A DNA stretch of 62,031 nt, counting the filler, from Choristocarpus tenellus KU-1152 (lineage: Eukaryota; Protista; Phaeophyceae): NCBI GenBank assembly GCA_964200185.2. It is 10 parts of 10 records of this genome, joined end to end, with 100 filler letters (N's around TTAATTAATTAA, not from the genome) between each part and the next. Parts side by side here need not be neighbours in the genome. Positions count along the whole stretch, not along the records: positions 13,609 to 16,985 come from CAXNAD020020439.1; positions 17,086 to 20,751 come from CAXNAD020018629.1; positions 20,852 to 24,103 come from CAXNAD020021254.1; positions 24,204 to 29,447 come from CAXNAD020011374.1; 6 more parts are not named here. One strand, written 5' to 3'. The translations under genes and the position numbers were made by a program. The notes beneath the pieces were generated by a model that had not been told where the DNA came from, ran no database searches, and saw only the letters and a program-made list of their open reading frames with translations. How positions within the stretch are numbered: position 1 is the stretch's first letter; every line of letters begins with the position of its first letter. Positions 13,773 through 25,290 of this stretch are shown here, in pieces.

Positions 13773-13885
13773 ACAGACAGGAATGTTGACTCTCATTCCA
13801 GGCAACGTGTAGTTACAGTGACCTCGTACATAGTGCTTCACCTGCTCCCAGATCATATCTGTCTGGTTCAATTCACAGTGTCCTG
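13773..13885 (-). mobile_element. IS630/Tc1-like (DDE_3) transposase C-terminal fragment
   Basis: GHCELNQTDMIWEQVKHYVRGHCNYTLPGMRVNIP resembles HCELNPIExxWxxxKxYxRxxCxYT. Confidence 0.6.
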
Positions 13886-13947
13886 TGTGTGACTTAAACA
13901 GTATTAAGTCGAGGTCCGTCCACGTGCCGTTTTGGCGATTACCAATC

Positions 13948-14245
13948 CAGATTTTTTTTAAAGGTTGGCCACAGAGTTAATCGAAGATCAGCATATCAAA
14001 TGAAAGCTCTGAATCTAGGCTATCGATTTACGTAAAGGAATTATTTCGTGAAAATATTTTTGGTCGTGATAATTCATTCCGAAACATTTTCAAGGTTGTC
14101 CCGAAAACATTCGGTTAAAATTTAACCTTACCAAAATAATTTTGCGAAAGAATTCCTTTCCGGACATCGATAGCTTATATCAACAGCTTTCATTCGATAT
14201 GCTGTTCGTCGTTTAAATCGTTAGGGAACCTTTTCAAAAAATCAT
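13948..14245. repeat. Imperfect ~300-bp foldback (palindromic MITE relic)
   Basis: 13980-14060 (CAGCATATCAAATGAAAGCT...GCTATCGAT...AAAGGAATT) is the reverse complement of 14133-14213 (AATTCCTTT...ATCGATAGC...AGCTTTCATTCGATATGCTG). Confidence 0.75.
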
Positions 14246-14569
14246 GACCAGTCTGATCCTAAGGGTGACTACCAGCACTATACTGGTCACACGACAGTGT
14301 TTCTACTAGGTATCCATCAATCGGAACGCCTTCCAATATTTGTGTAAACCCTAAACACACATTTTATATTGTAATGTCATACATATCATGTGATCCACTC
14401 TACAAAATCAAACATACGAACCAACGCCATCAGCACCAACGCGCAACGAATCAGCAATAAATCCATAAACTGTAAGCTTAAAGCATCATAGTCAAGAGGC
14501 AGCAATTGCTTAGCAACATTTATATTTTGAGGACATCATTTTGGGGTGTAATGGGTTGCATCAATGAGG

Positions 14570-16049
14570 CTAAGCGAGGTCCACCTTCGTGAGGCGGACC
14601 TTGGTTAGGTAGAACTTGCCAATTCGGAAACAGGAACGTGCTCCTCCTGCAACCTCTCCTTCAGGATGATGTACATGGGTCGAATGGCTACTCATTTCAC
14701 TAAATAAAGTAACTGATTGGCATATTGTGAAGTCTCCTCACCCCAACGCAGTGGAGAGCACAGGGTATTGGGATGACATGAAGACTAGGACCATCACGAA
14801 GGTGGACTAAAGAGTATGGGAAAGTTCGTTTTGCAAATAATTAGGTTATCTCATATGCGTACGGAAGGAAACAAAAAAGGCTACGAATAAAACCCATGCG
14901 TAAACGGTGTACAGCATTGGGCAGTCATTAAACTCCAGTCATACATCAGCAATCAGGATTTCAAATATTCCGATATCCATCTTTCCAATGTATACATTGA
15001 AGTAGCGGCCAAGGATGACAAGAAAGGCAAAAGCTCACTAGCGGGCAGTCAACAATCAAAGTAGCGGTCACCTGACATCTTTGATCCCACTAGTTTCTGT
15101 GGTAAATGGGGATTGCGATAGATACAGTAGGAGAGGTGTGTGAAAGATTTTGCCTACACGAAACATAGTGCGGCTAAATTCAACATGGCAAAGATACTGT
15201 CTATCGTAAAGTGAAAAACTATATTAAACACCATAAACAACAGTGATGACGATGATATGTACACTTGCAAAATCATACAGGAGGATTGGAGTGGGGGGTG
15301 GTCATCACCGGGTTCACGTTGCATAACTTTAATGCCAGCAATTCATCAAGCACAACTCCAGGGCGGGTCAAAACGGAGAGGCCTTCTATTCAGTTGTTGA
15401 TGATACATTCCGATAGGTCAACGCGACTTCCTGTGTCGTGTTGACACTTATGTCTACAACATGACTTCATCCCTTCATTACTGTGGGGAAAAAAAACAGT
15501 GGGTGTACCTTTACCATTGCAAATAACATATCTCAAATCCCGTTCTTCATATTATTTTGCGGCCGTTACAATCTATCATATTGCCTAATATGCTAGTGTT
15601 TCATGTACCTGAAATGATTACCACCTGAGGGGTAGGGACCAACAATACAAGATATATCTTCTTCTTACAAAGGACAGATTGGAAAGAAAGAAAGAGCTGT
15701 CGAAAACACCCCCCCTCCGTATGGAGAGACAGATGCTAATGAAATCCAGGGGTACAGGAATCCCAAAAAAGTGTAAGATGAAGAGGAAGGGAGAGAAAAG
15801 GGAAATAGGAACTTAAAAAGTTGATTTAATATCCTAGCATGAGAGCACCCATATCTCCATGCTTCTGTAGCTAATACATCTTATTGGTTTTTTGTGAATA
15901 AACCTTAAGGCTCCCTTGCAATCCCCAAGCATGCTGCACTCATTCACCGACTGACGCTCTCGCTCAATGCTGCAGAAGGCTGGACATTTCCGAACTTGTC
16001 AACTCTCTCAGTCCCCATCTTGAAGAACTTGACCTGAGCACCTGGTTCC
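14570..16049 (-). CDS. Last two exons of an unidentified protein
   Basis: Exons 16049-15948 and 14687-14570 have compatible phase 2 and give EPGAQVKFFKMGTERVDKFGNVQPSAALSESVSR|HSTHVHHPEGEVAGGARSCFRIGKFYLTKVRLTKVDLA*. Confidence 0.35.
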
Positions 16050-17085
16050 CTGTCCTTTCTCATTCTTTCATGCATTGTTCAGATGGGTTCCTACGGGAAA
16101 CTGACAAGGAACATATTTATGGCGCAAGAGTTTTTTTTGTGGGGAAGTACCTGTCAGGCATGTCTAATGATAGGTCAGTATAGGAATATCTTTCATCCTA
16201 CCTGATCCGTTACAGGCGAATAGCATGTCTGCTTTCGCACTCTAACCAGTGTGAGCATGCAGTCTTGCTATGACATTCCCTGTTTTATGTTACTGCTAGA
16301 CGTGTTTGTCTGTATTTGTCGAGACATTATTCTCGTGTCTTGTATTTGTTTGTGTTGATAGTTGCGAAGGGGGGAGTCTTGTTATGACATTCCCTATTTT
16401 ATGTGATTGTAAGACATATATATTTATTTGTATGCTTATAGTTCCTAGGGAGAGTAAAAATTTCCATGGCAGCACCCTGCCTATGTGAATGTGAGGCTTT
16501 GTGTTGGGGGCCTGTTAAAACATAGGCTACTTATCTGTTTGTTCCTGATACGATACAGTTCCACCGGTCAACACTGACTGTTGATTGGTCTGTTACGGTT
16601 CTGGACGTTACTTTCACCAGTTCGTCATCACCAGATCAACTGCAATCAGAACATCTTAGTACACAGAACAGTCGCTCTGCGTTCCACACAGATAGTATAG
16701 TATAGTATACGTCACTTGAGTTGCATCACATATTGGTTCAATTTTGTTCTCTTGTTCTCTTGTTCTCTTGTTCTCTTGTTTGTTTTTCTTTCACTCTTTC
16801 TTCTTATCAGCAGAAGATGACAGTTGTACGTTGATGGTTGATTATTATTTCTTTCGTGACTACCATTGATCCCTCAAATTCCACCAAACTCACACTGCAA
16901 ACTGTCTACCAAACACATACACATGGATGTAATATAATCAGAGTTAAAACCATCCACGGAAACCCTTGCCAGCCAAGGTAACAAGNNNNNNNNNNNNNNN
17001 NNNNNNNNNNNNNNNNNNNNNNNNNNNNNTTAATTAATTAANNNNNNNNNNNNNNNNNNNNNNNNNNNNNNNNNNNNNNNNNNNN

Positions 17086-17149
17086 AAATCACAACATTGG
17101 ATTTTGACCCCAAATGGACGAGGCCCTACCCTCTAAGATACTTTGGCTC
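17086..17149 (+). mobile_element. MITE family R1, right end only
   Basis: CCCCAAATGGAC...TACCCTCTAAGATACTTTGGCTC, the same terminus as the full copies. Confidence 0.85.
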
Positions 17150-17541
17150 AGTCGTCTCTGCGTGTTCGGTTTCGCATTGGTTTGCACGTGGGTCTTGGCT
17201 GCTCGTACATCATGTGGATTGCTTGTCCTTTGTGCATTGGATGTGTCGTTTTTTTGGAGGTTTCCATGGACCATGGAACTTAGTGTTTTGACGTCTACCC
17301 TCCTTCCACGAAATGTATCTGATGGGTCTGGCGTTGTGGAGGGTGTGGCTTGACGTTTTGGGGATGCCGTCGAAATATTGTCAGGACCTCACTTAATGAT
17401 ACGATTGCCTGCACTGTTGCCTACGACGCTGTCCTTCTTGTCGTGCTGTCTGTATACCGTGTCGTGTGTCATGATGTCGAACCAGGACTGAGAACACTGC
17501 ACTACACGACCTTTGCCCTCTCGACCCTACGATACGCTTAG

Positions 17542-20500
17542 ACGGCCTGAAAGAGTTCGCGTTCCTAAGCGCGCCAAAGCTCGCCATAGTGTCCATTGCC
17601 GCCGAGCCAAGACCCCTAAACTACGAAGAAGCGACCAATGAACACTTGCGCCAGGTGGTTAAGTGCTTGCAGGTGAAGCTACATCCTCTGGGCACCATCA
17701 CGCTATTTGTGCACCAGCCGTGGGCAGTGCACTTACACCGCCTACACGGTGAGTTCGGGAGTTTGCCAGCGCTGAAATACAGAGTATATTGCTGGACACT
17801 ATTGCAATCCGCCATGGCCATCATCAGTCCGCCCGTGTGCCCATCGAATATTGTGCGGCCGTTCAGGAGATGCGGATTATGTCGTGTGTCTTTCTTTTTC
17901 ACTTTCCCCATATTCTTTCATGTTCTTTATACCTTGTATTTCCTTTTGTGTCTCTTGCTCTTTCCCCCGGGTCCTTCGTAGTTCTTCGTCTCATTGTACG
18001 CGAATCGCATGCTAGTGTAACTTGTCTTCACTACATGGTTTTTTGCCGTCTTTCCTTCTATTACAGAATTTCCTATAGTTCGCATTTTTTTTCCATTTGT
18101 TATTTGCCTTGCGTTCCACAATCATGGTACTATTATAATGTTAGTAATATGAGATTTCATGAATCCCTATGATAACTACTTGTGTGATGTCACTGTCGAG
18201 TTTGACGCATGCTGGACCCACGTGCTCGCTCCCGCCTTCTCTTCATTCAGGACCTCTTATGGCATCGAGGGCGGGCTTGGTTGTGGAAGATCATCCCCTG
18301 CTTATAATATACAAGACGAGGGGGGAGGGGCGCCCTCTTGCAGGCACTGAATAACCATCTCAGATGTTGTCAGGACATGATTCTTCTCGCGCACAACGGT
18401 GGGACAGAGTTCACATGCAACAAGCGAGTCACCGTCGACGACATCTTTGGCCACGGGCGTGATGCATCTCCTGTTGTACTCCTAACCATGTGTGACGTCG
18501 AATACCAAGGTGCTGCAACGGACATCCCCATGAGGGCCCTCCACTTCCTCGTTAACAGGTTCGTTAATAACGTCACACACACCCTTCTTCACGGTAGCAG
18601 GGACTTTTTTGTACAGGTGTAGGATATCGTTAAACAGTAACACAGCAAGCTGGGTGACGATTCAGGGGCGTCAAACCATACCACGAGTGACCTTCCACAA
18701 ATCAGTATGTTAAGCATCTGTCCGCACCAAGAGTGTGTTGCCCTGTATCTGTCGGTTACTCTTTGATGTGTGATATGATGAATCCGTGCGCAATACAATG
18801 TACTCCTTGGGATAATTGACGAAATTCCCTCCTATGATAGGTACACGAATGCTGGGACACCGTCGTCTCCTTCAGCGCAGAGAGGCACAACGTGGTGGAG
18901 GCGGCCCTTGAACGGAGCAGGAGGGTGGAGGTGCTCGTGTCCAACGCGGCATGCAAGGACAAGGTGAAAGAGAAAATGGAGACCTCCTTCGCCCAAGCCT
19001 ACAGTACAAGGACGGCAAGTGGAAGGTAACAAGGGTGTGCTGGCTTTTCTTCCATTGCTTTCCAACTTGTTGTCTGTCTTGTTCTCCTATGGATAGGTCT
19101 CGGGCGTGCGATTGTTGTAGTGATGTTTCCTTGTCGATATTTACACGTTGCTCACACGGTGCATGCAGTTACACACACCACAAACGGAAATCGCGAGACC
19201 CCAAGACTTCGTGTGTGAGCGCCGGTACGTCGTACTGTCCTCCTTCCCCACACGAAAAAACAAACGTGCTGCGGTACACCACAAGATCTCTAACCAACGC
19301 CGGAATAACCCCTACGTACGTGACGAAACCTTATCGCATGGCAAATACTTCAATGCCACATGGTTGGGCTGTCACATGTACGCACATTACGTTGCAGGTA
19401 TCCACGTCTCTCGTTCAAGAACGCGTGATAGGGCCTTCCTGCCTGCTGGAAGCCTTGGGGCAGACACTCGTCCCAACGGAGACGCATTGATGTTTTGCAG
19501 AGGCCGTCAATCCTCAGGGAAAGGCAATGGGACATGATGAGGCGACCGTTTTCGTTGCGAAGATGGTGGCGACGGACTTCGGCTACCAGATCGAGGTGAA
19601 TCTGGCATAGAATGCACTTCGTAACATATTTGTGAAGAACGAACAGCAGAGTCAAGATCTTGGCACGCAGAATATATATATTTTTGTATTCCAGAGTTCG
19701 AACCTATCTAATGCGGCACCCAAATACCTTGCGTAGAAAACTATGGGTCTTGCGGGTAAGTATTTGACCCGTCGTGTGTTCAACATTTGCCACAATAAGG
19801 TTGACGTTTTTGCACCACCTTTGGACGAGATTACCTCCAAAAAGCATTACATTTATGAATGACCGAACTCTGCCCCCCACCCCCCCAACCCCACCGCCGT
19901 CTTTGTCTTCCGCAATGCTCAGCCGTGTGCAAGCTCGTCCTCGAATCCCGCAGAAATGGCCTTATTCCCGCTTGAAGGGAAAGACTACAAGATCGGCGGA
20001 AATGACCTCCCTGCGTGGGGTGATCTCATAGTGTGCAACTCTCGATCAGAGGCCTTCCGTTCGATATCTCTTCAAGACCAACAAGAACAGTGCATTCGGC
20101 TGCTTCATGTGGCCAACAACAGATAACACAAGCGCATGCTTTCGCCTGGAATGGAAGTGTGTGGGTCGCGCTCAGAGCTCTACTTGCGCGTGGCAGCCAC
20201 TTGCCCTCTCTACTACATGCGTTGGATCAAGAAGGCAGACGACGCCAAGATTGAATTAGCATCAAAAGTTCCGCAGAGCGGAAGCCATCACCAGGTCCTC
20301 CTACCCTTCTCCCAGGTTGGCCCCGGGCAGATGTTCGTCACGCCCGTAGTCGGGAGGGTGTACAAACCCCGGGCAAAGAATGACACGAGATCACCATTCA
20401 ACGTGCTCCCGGGTCTTATGGTAGTGCGTTCTCGTGGGTTCGAAGTGATGGATTCGGACTCGGACTTGACACCAATGACCACTAGAAAGCGCAAGTGTCC

Positions 20501-20675
20501 CTCTTCCCGCACAGGTGGAAAGGGGAAAGGTCACGAGGTATGGAGGGGCGCCGGTGATTCTTCCATGGAAGACGAGCCGGAGTATGTCAGCGATGCGGGG
20601 GAGGATGAAGAGGAAGAAGAAGATGATGAAGTGTATGATAGAGAGGAGGATGAACGGGATGACGAACAGGAGTAA
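17542..20675 (+). pseudogene. Intron-containing beta-class DNA N6A/N4C methyltransferase-like gene (degenerate motifs), possible SET-like region and acidic tail; frameshifted
   Basis: Exons 17542-17748, 18251-18558 and 18841-19025 give ...LQVKLHPLGTITLFVH...LLIIYKT.../QDMILLAHN...DIPMRALHFLVNR|YTNAG/DTVVSFSAERHNVVEAALERSRRVEVLV..., paralleling LKPxGsIxl / iiWxK / ExILxxxK / KPxxLxxxLIxxxSxxGDxVLDPFxGSGTTxxAAxxxxR. Frameshifts near 18330 and 18856; stop at 20124-20126. Confidence 0.55.
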
Positions 20676-20851
20676 GAAGAGAATCGGGACGGGGGGCGGG
20701 AAGGAGGGGGAGGTGGAGAGGCGGGCGGGCGCACACGTTGGCAAAGTAATGNNNNNNNNNNNNNNNNNNNNNNNNNNNNNNNNNNNNNNNNNNNNTTAAT
20801 TAATTAANNNNNNNNNNNNNNNNNNNNNNNNNNNNNNNNNNNNNNNNNNNN

Positions 20852-21110
20852 TCACGAAGTCTTTGAGTGGTAATGTGTTTGAGTTTCACACTAGAACTAT
20901 CATGCACTGTGAGTAAGGGGTAGTGTGCAGATTGAGTTCATTGGATTCATGATGAATAGACTGAACAGGGGAGTGTGTCATGAGTTTGTTTGTCCATGTG
21001 TGGAATTAAGATTTGGAGTTTACAGGATAAGTTGATTTCAAGTTGGGTTTATTGTTGGACTGATTTGATTCTCACTGCATAGTCAGAGCAGGGGAGTGTG
21101 TCAAGATTAT
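20852..21110 (+). mobile_element. Ty1/Copia 3' end: RNase H C-terminus and polypurine tracts
   Basis: TKSLSGNVFEFHTRTIM at the contig start resembles the Copia RNase H end (TKxLxxxxF). CAGGGGAGTG-TGTCA, a PPT followed by a TG LTR start, occurs at ~20966 and ~21089. Confidence 0.55.
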
Positions 21111-21185
21111 GCTTGACCATTTGTGAGAATATGATCTGAAGTATTATTTTATGTACGCACAGAAGATAGTGCGGAACATTCGGGA

Positions 21186-21417
21186 TATTTAGGCGGGGTA
21201 TTTGAGCAGAAGTAATCGGCGGACTATTAGAGTCGGAGTGTTTCTGACTTGTACTAGAGATACGCTGAGTCATTTGGTATTCTGAGTCATTAAGTGTAAG
21301 GACTGGTGAGCCCCACCTAGTGAAGGTATCTCACTCTCTTCTCAACTGTGGTACAAGCTAATAAACAATAGTATAACTAGTTTTGTTGAACAACAGATCG
21401 TCAAGGACAACTTAACA
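21186..21417 (+). repeat. LTR-like repeat, copy 1
   Basis: Highly similar to 46696-46897. Contains AATAAA and ends TTAACA. Confidence 0.7.
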
Positions 21418-22767
21418 AAGTATAATATATAAACGAGGCACATGAATATCTGATCAGGATAACAATAGCCTAAGGTTGACGGTGTGTGGTCAGCACACTA
21501 ATAAACCTTACGAGGTCTGACAGTATGGGATCATCAGCATATCAATCAGCCTAAAGACGAGTCGAGAGGTATGTGTGACCAGCATATAGGGTCTATTATC
21601 TTGTATAATACAGAGGATACAATAAGAATGGGGATACGAGGAGCAAAACACTATGTACGATGTCAACAAAAGGTTTGACTAGTGTTTGATTCGACATTGC
21701 TATACGGGTGTTATACGATGATGTGATCACCACTCCAATGCGTAAAAACAACATCACGTGATACATGACTAAATCAACACAGCAAACGACGCGATCAAAT
21801 GTGTGCACCCACTCTCCTTCCTCAATTCTGACATTGGATTATTGTTCATGACAACTACAATATTCCAAGTGGGCAACTCGGACGTACGATGTTAGTGGCT
21901 CAACTCTCCTAAAACGATACGAGGTGACTGTGCGGTCATTACATCCTGTCGGGGGAATCACGCCACACGAAAAATTAATAAATAACATGTATGGCTCACC
22001 TGAAGTCTCCATCTCTTACCTGATGGTAGACTTGAACCTTCAATTATTTAATATTAGTTTTTCTGTTTTAGGATGGGATTAGTCATTTCATGATAATCAA
22101 TAAATCCATTTCATGAAAACGTGAGATGATGTAATGAACAGTCACCTTTAGCACACAAGTGCTAATGTATTAATGTGCCCAGTGATACGGTCTCTTCACC
22201 ACCGCATGTGTCCACTCCTGCAAACTAGGAGAGTTGAGAGATAAAATAATTATATTATTAATTTATCTAAATCCAACAACATTTATGCATAGTCTATTTG
22301 CAAGGATCGATAAACCTGGTAAACACGAGATGCCAAGCCAGAGCTGGACGCGAACAGGTTAACTGACATCTGTCACCAGTTATCTCATCTCTTCATAAAA
22401 CGATAGACTATACCCATCTAGAACAAAAAGACACACAAAAGATTTGTCTAAACTAGATGGACAACCTATGAAAAGGATTATAGTACGTGGGTACCACGAG
22501 ATGTGGCCAAGAGACACTAGTAGTCTAAAAAATAAGTACATAAACGCCCAATTAAACAAACAAACAAAAATTTGGCAATGATCTGTACCACACATATACA
22601 CGATAATCTCTTTACTGAAACGATAGGTTACAACATGACGGCAATGCATGATATACAGACTATGCAAAGGATTATGATAACGGTTAATACGAATTCTCAG
22701 TCAATACACGAGGGACGAGAATTTTACTGGTTATTCAATCCATTTACTGCGCGATAGGCTGCAATCA

Positions 22768-24103
22768 TTCACGGCATTGTGGGATCTGCTCTATTCTTTT
22801 GTGAAGATCCCAAGACGGTCCATAGGCACAAAGACGAAGGCGATAGATAACATGAGTGCACGAACCACGACCAAGACCAGGTCTATGTCCAACAATGCTA
22901 TCAATAGTGCATTGGCCAATAACAGGTTGAGAGATTTGATGGTCTACATCCGCTAATGGTAGTGGTTTGCCCAGAAACGAATAATCCAGTTCATTCCAAA
23001 CTGTTGTAGGAGGTTGGACGTGAGGATAGTCACGTTTCATCCTACCCAGATGAACAGAAAATGGACGTAGGTTTCCAGGTAGTAATACCCTGTATACGAT
23101 GGGCGGCACCTTAGAACGTACTTCATACGGACCCCTCCAAGGGTGAAGTAACTTCGGATTCGGACCTTCAGTACTTTCATGTGGCCTATGGACCAGAACT
23201 TGATCACCAGGTATGAAAACGGGGAATGCGAGACGTTGGTTGACAAACTCCTGATTTTTAATTTGTTCATGGAGGTTACAACGTGCCAACTCAAAAGCAA
23301 GCTGTAAAATATCTTTGGTTTGCTACATGATCTCTTCAGTAGTGACATCTGAATCAGCATTAGGCGACCCAAGGATAGTGTCAACAGGTAAACGAGATTG
23401 TCTTCCAAACAAAAGGAAAAATGGGGGTTCATGCAACTTTGCACTGAATGCTGTGTTATGGGCTAATTGCACGAAAGGCAATAACGATGCCCAGTTATCC
23501 TCAGCAACAGATGTATACAATGCTAGCATAGAATGCAACGTAGGATGTACTCTTTCTAACACAGGATTTACTTGGGAGTGATCCGGTGTGGTTTGGGTTT
23601 TCTTGTAACCAAAGACAGACTGCAACTCTGTAACAATACTGTTTTCAAATTCGGTACCTTGTCGATAACAACTCGGGTGGACCAAAAATTGAAAATGCAC
23701 GTTCTGCCAGCATGCAAGCAATTGTTGCGGCCCCTTTATTTGGAATAGGGCTCAGCACAAGAAAACAAGTGAGGTGATCAATTGCAGACAATACATACGA
23801 GCATATCGCACCATTTGCTGCTGGGGAATGTGTTTTGTACTCTACCAAATCAATAGCAACACGTTGAAATGGTCTGTCAACGGGCATATAGCCAGTGGGA
23901 AGCGTAGGTTCCTGATGAGCAAGTCTTACGTGTTTGGCATGCTTGACAATCACGACACCATGTACGAGTATCGATATTGAATGTTGGCCACCAATACGAG
24001 TCTCTAACCTTATCGAACATGGGCTTGAAACCTAAGTGGCCTCCAGGCAATGCATGGTCGTGACAAGCATGGAGTAAAAGATGGACTAACGAGTGAGGAA
24101 TGA
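22768..24103 (-). mobile_element. Ty3/Gypsy integrase pseudogene with GPY/F motif and chromodomain-like tail
   Basis: HHCC region (HDHALPGGHLG...YWWP...CQACQ), RPFQRVAIDLV, SAIDHLT, WASLLPFVQLAHNT...PFFLLFGR, PKLLHPWRGPYEV and IDSIVGHR...YRLR...YGPSWD, split by frameshifts. Confidence 0.92.
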
Positions 24104-24203
24104 NNNNNNNNNNNNNNNNNNNNNNNNNNNNNNNNNNNNNNNNNNNNTTAATTAATTAANNNNNNNNNNNNNNNNNNNNNNNNNNNNNNNNNNNNNNNNN
24201 NNN

Positions 24204-24222
24204 ACCCCAGATACTTTGACCC
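24204..24222 (+). mobile_element. MITE terminus (R3-type)
   Basis: CCCCAGATACTTTGACCC at the contig start. Confidence 0.6.
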
Positions 24223-25199
24223 CATACTTTCAAGTAAGTTTGAAGAATAAGAGAGATACGTTGATCCAGTGTTGGTACCAATCTGTCGCAATCTACCCAG
24301 TGATAACTATTAATATATCACACGTGTTCAAAAGGGGCATGAGTCATCTTCTGCTTCCAACCTTGGCCAAGCAACGCCCATCCAAAGTAATCATGAACTA
24401 TTTACTAGGTCCATCACTGTATTTTCTACCGTGGACCCGGAGTAATTGCACCAGGAGCAAGAGTTGGAGAGTTGACAATTCTTCAGGTGTTTACACTTAC
24501 CCAGTGTCGACCTACCACCTGATAAGGAAACGACTACATCTATGTCTATGTCGCATTTTTCCCGTCGTAATGGCTAGCTGTGTCGTTCGTATTCCCCAGG
24601 TCCTCTTCATAAGAGGAGTACCTTTTGAGGTCGGTTGATCATCCTTCGCTGACTTCCCGAACTCATCATCTTTATCGACATGCATGACCAATGATACAAA
24701 CCCTGAAAAAAAAAAATTGTAATGAAAAAAAATAGGTGTGTTGTTGAGGACTACCCTAACTTTACTACAAAAACTCATTTTTTGTAATGAAGGTGTGGAA
24801 ATGAAATTTTTGAAATGTATTTCGTCCACGCGCGACTATCGCGCGTCTCTCTCTCTCTTGGGAAACAAGTATGTGTGTGGGGGACAAACGGGTCGAACTG
24901 ACAACCTGTCACAACTCCTCCACCGCTTACCGTTCACGGTCACAAGGATGTGACTTCACACATCCATCCAAAGTTCAACTCAAACTTCTATGGTTTCATG
25001 GTTGAGAGGAGATTGGGTTTGCTGGAAACAACCCCACCCAGACATAACAGGTTATTCTGAACACCTCCCACCACTGATTGGACCCTGCCTCCTCACCACA
25101 TACGGTACAATAATTGAATACCATTGAGAACACGAAGAAATTATAAAAGTGTTGAATTGGAACAAACAATTTTCCCCTATACTGTACACCAACGTGAAT

Positions 25200-25290
25200 G
25201 ACCAAAGTATTTGAAGGAGGGAGGGGGGGGGTCTTACACCAGGGTGTTCATTTGGACAATAACAAGGAAAAGTGCACTTACATTATGTAT
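25200..25290 (-). mobile_element. MITE family R2, partial, inverted
   Basis: CAAAGTATTT...TACACCAGGGTGTTCATTTGG...GGAAAAGTGCACTTACATTA is the reverse complement of the R2 right half. Confidence 0.65.
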
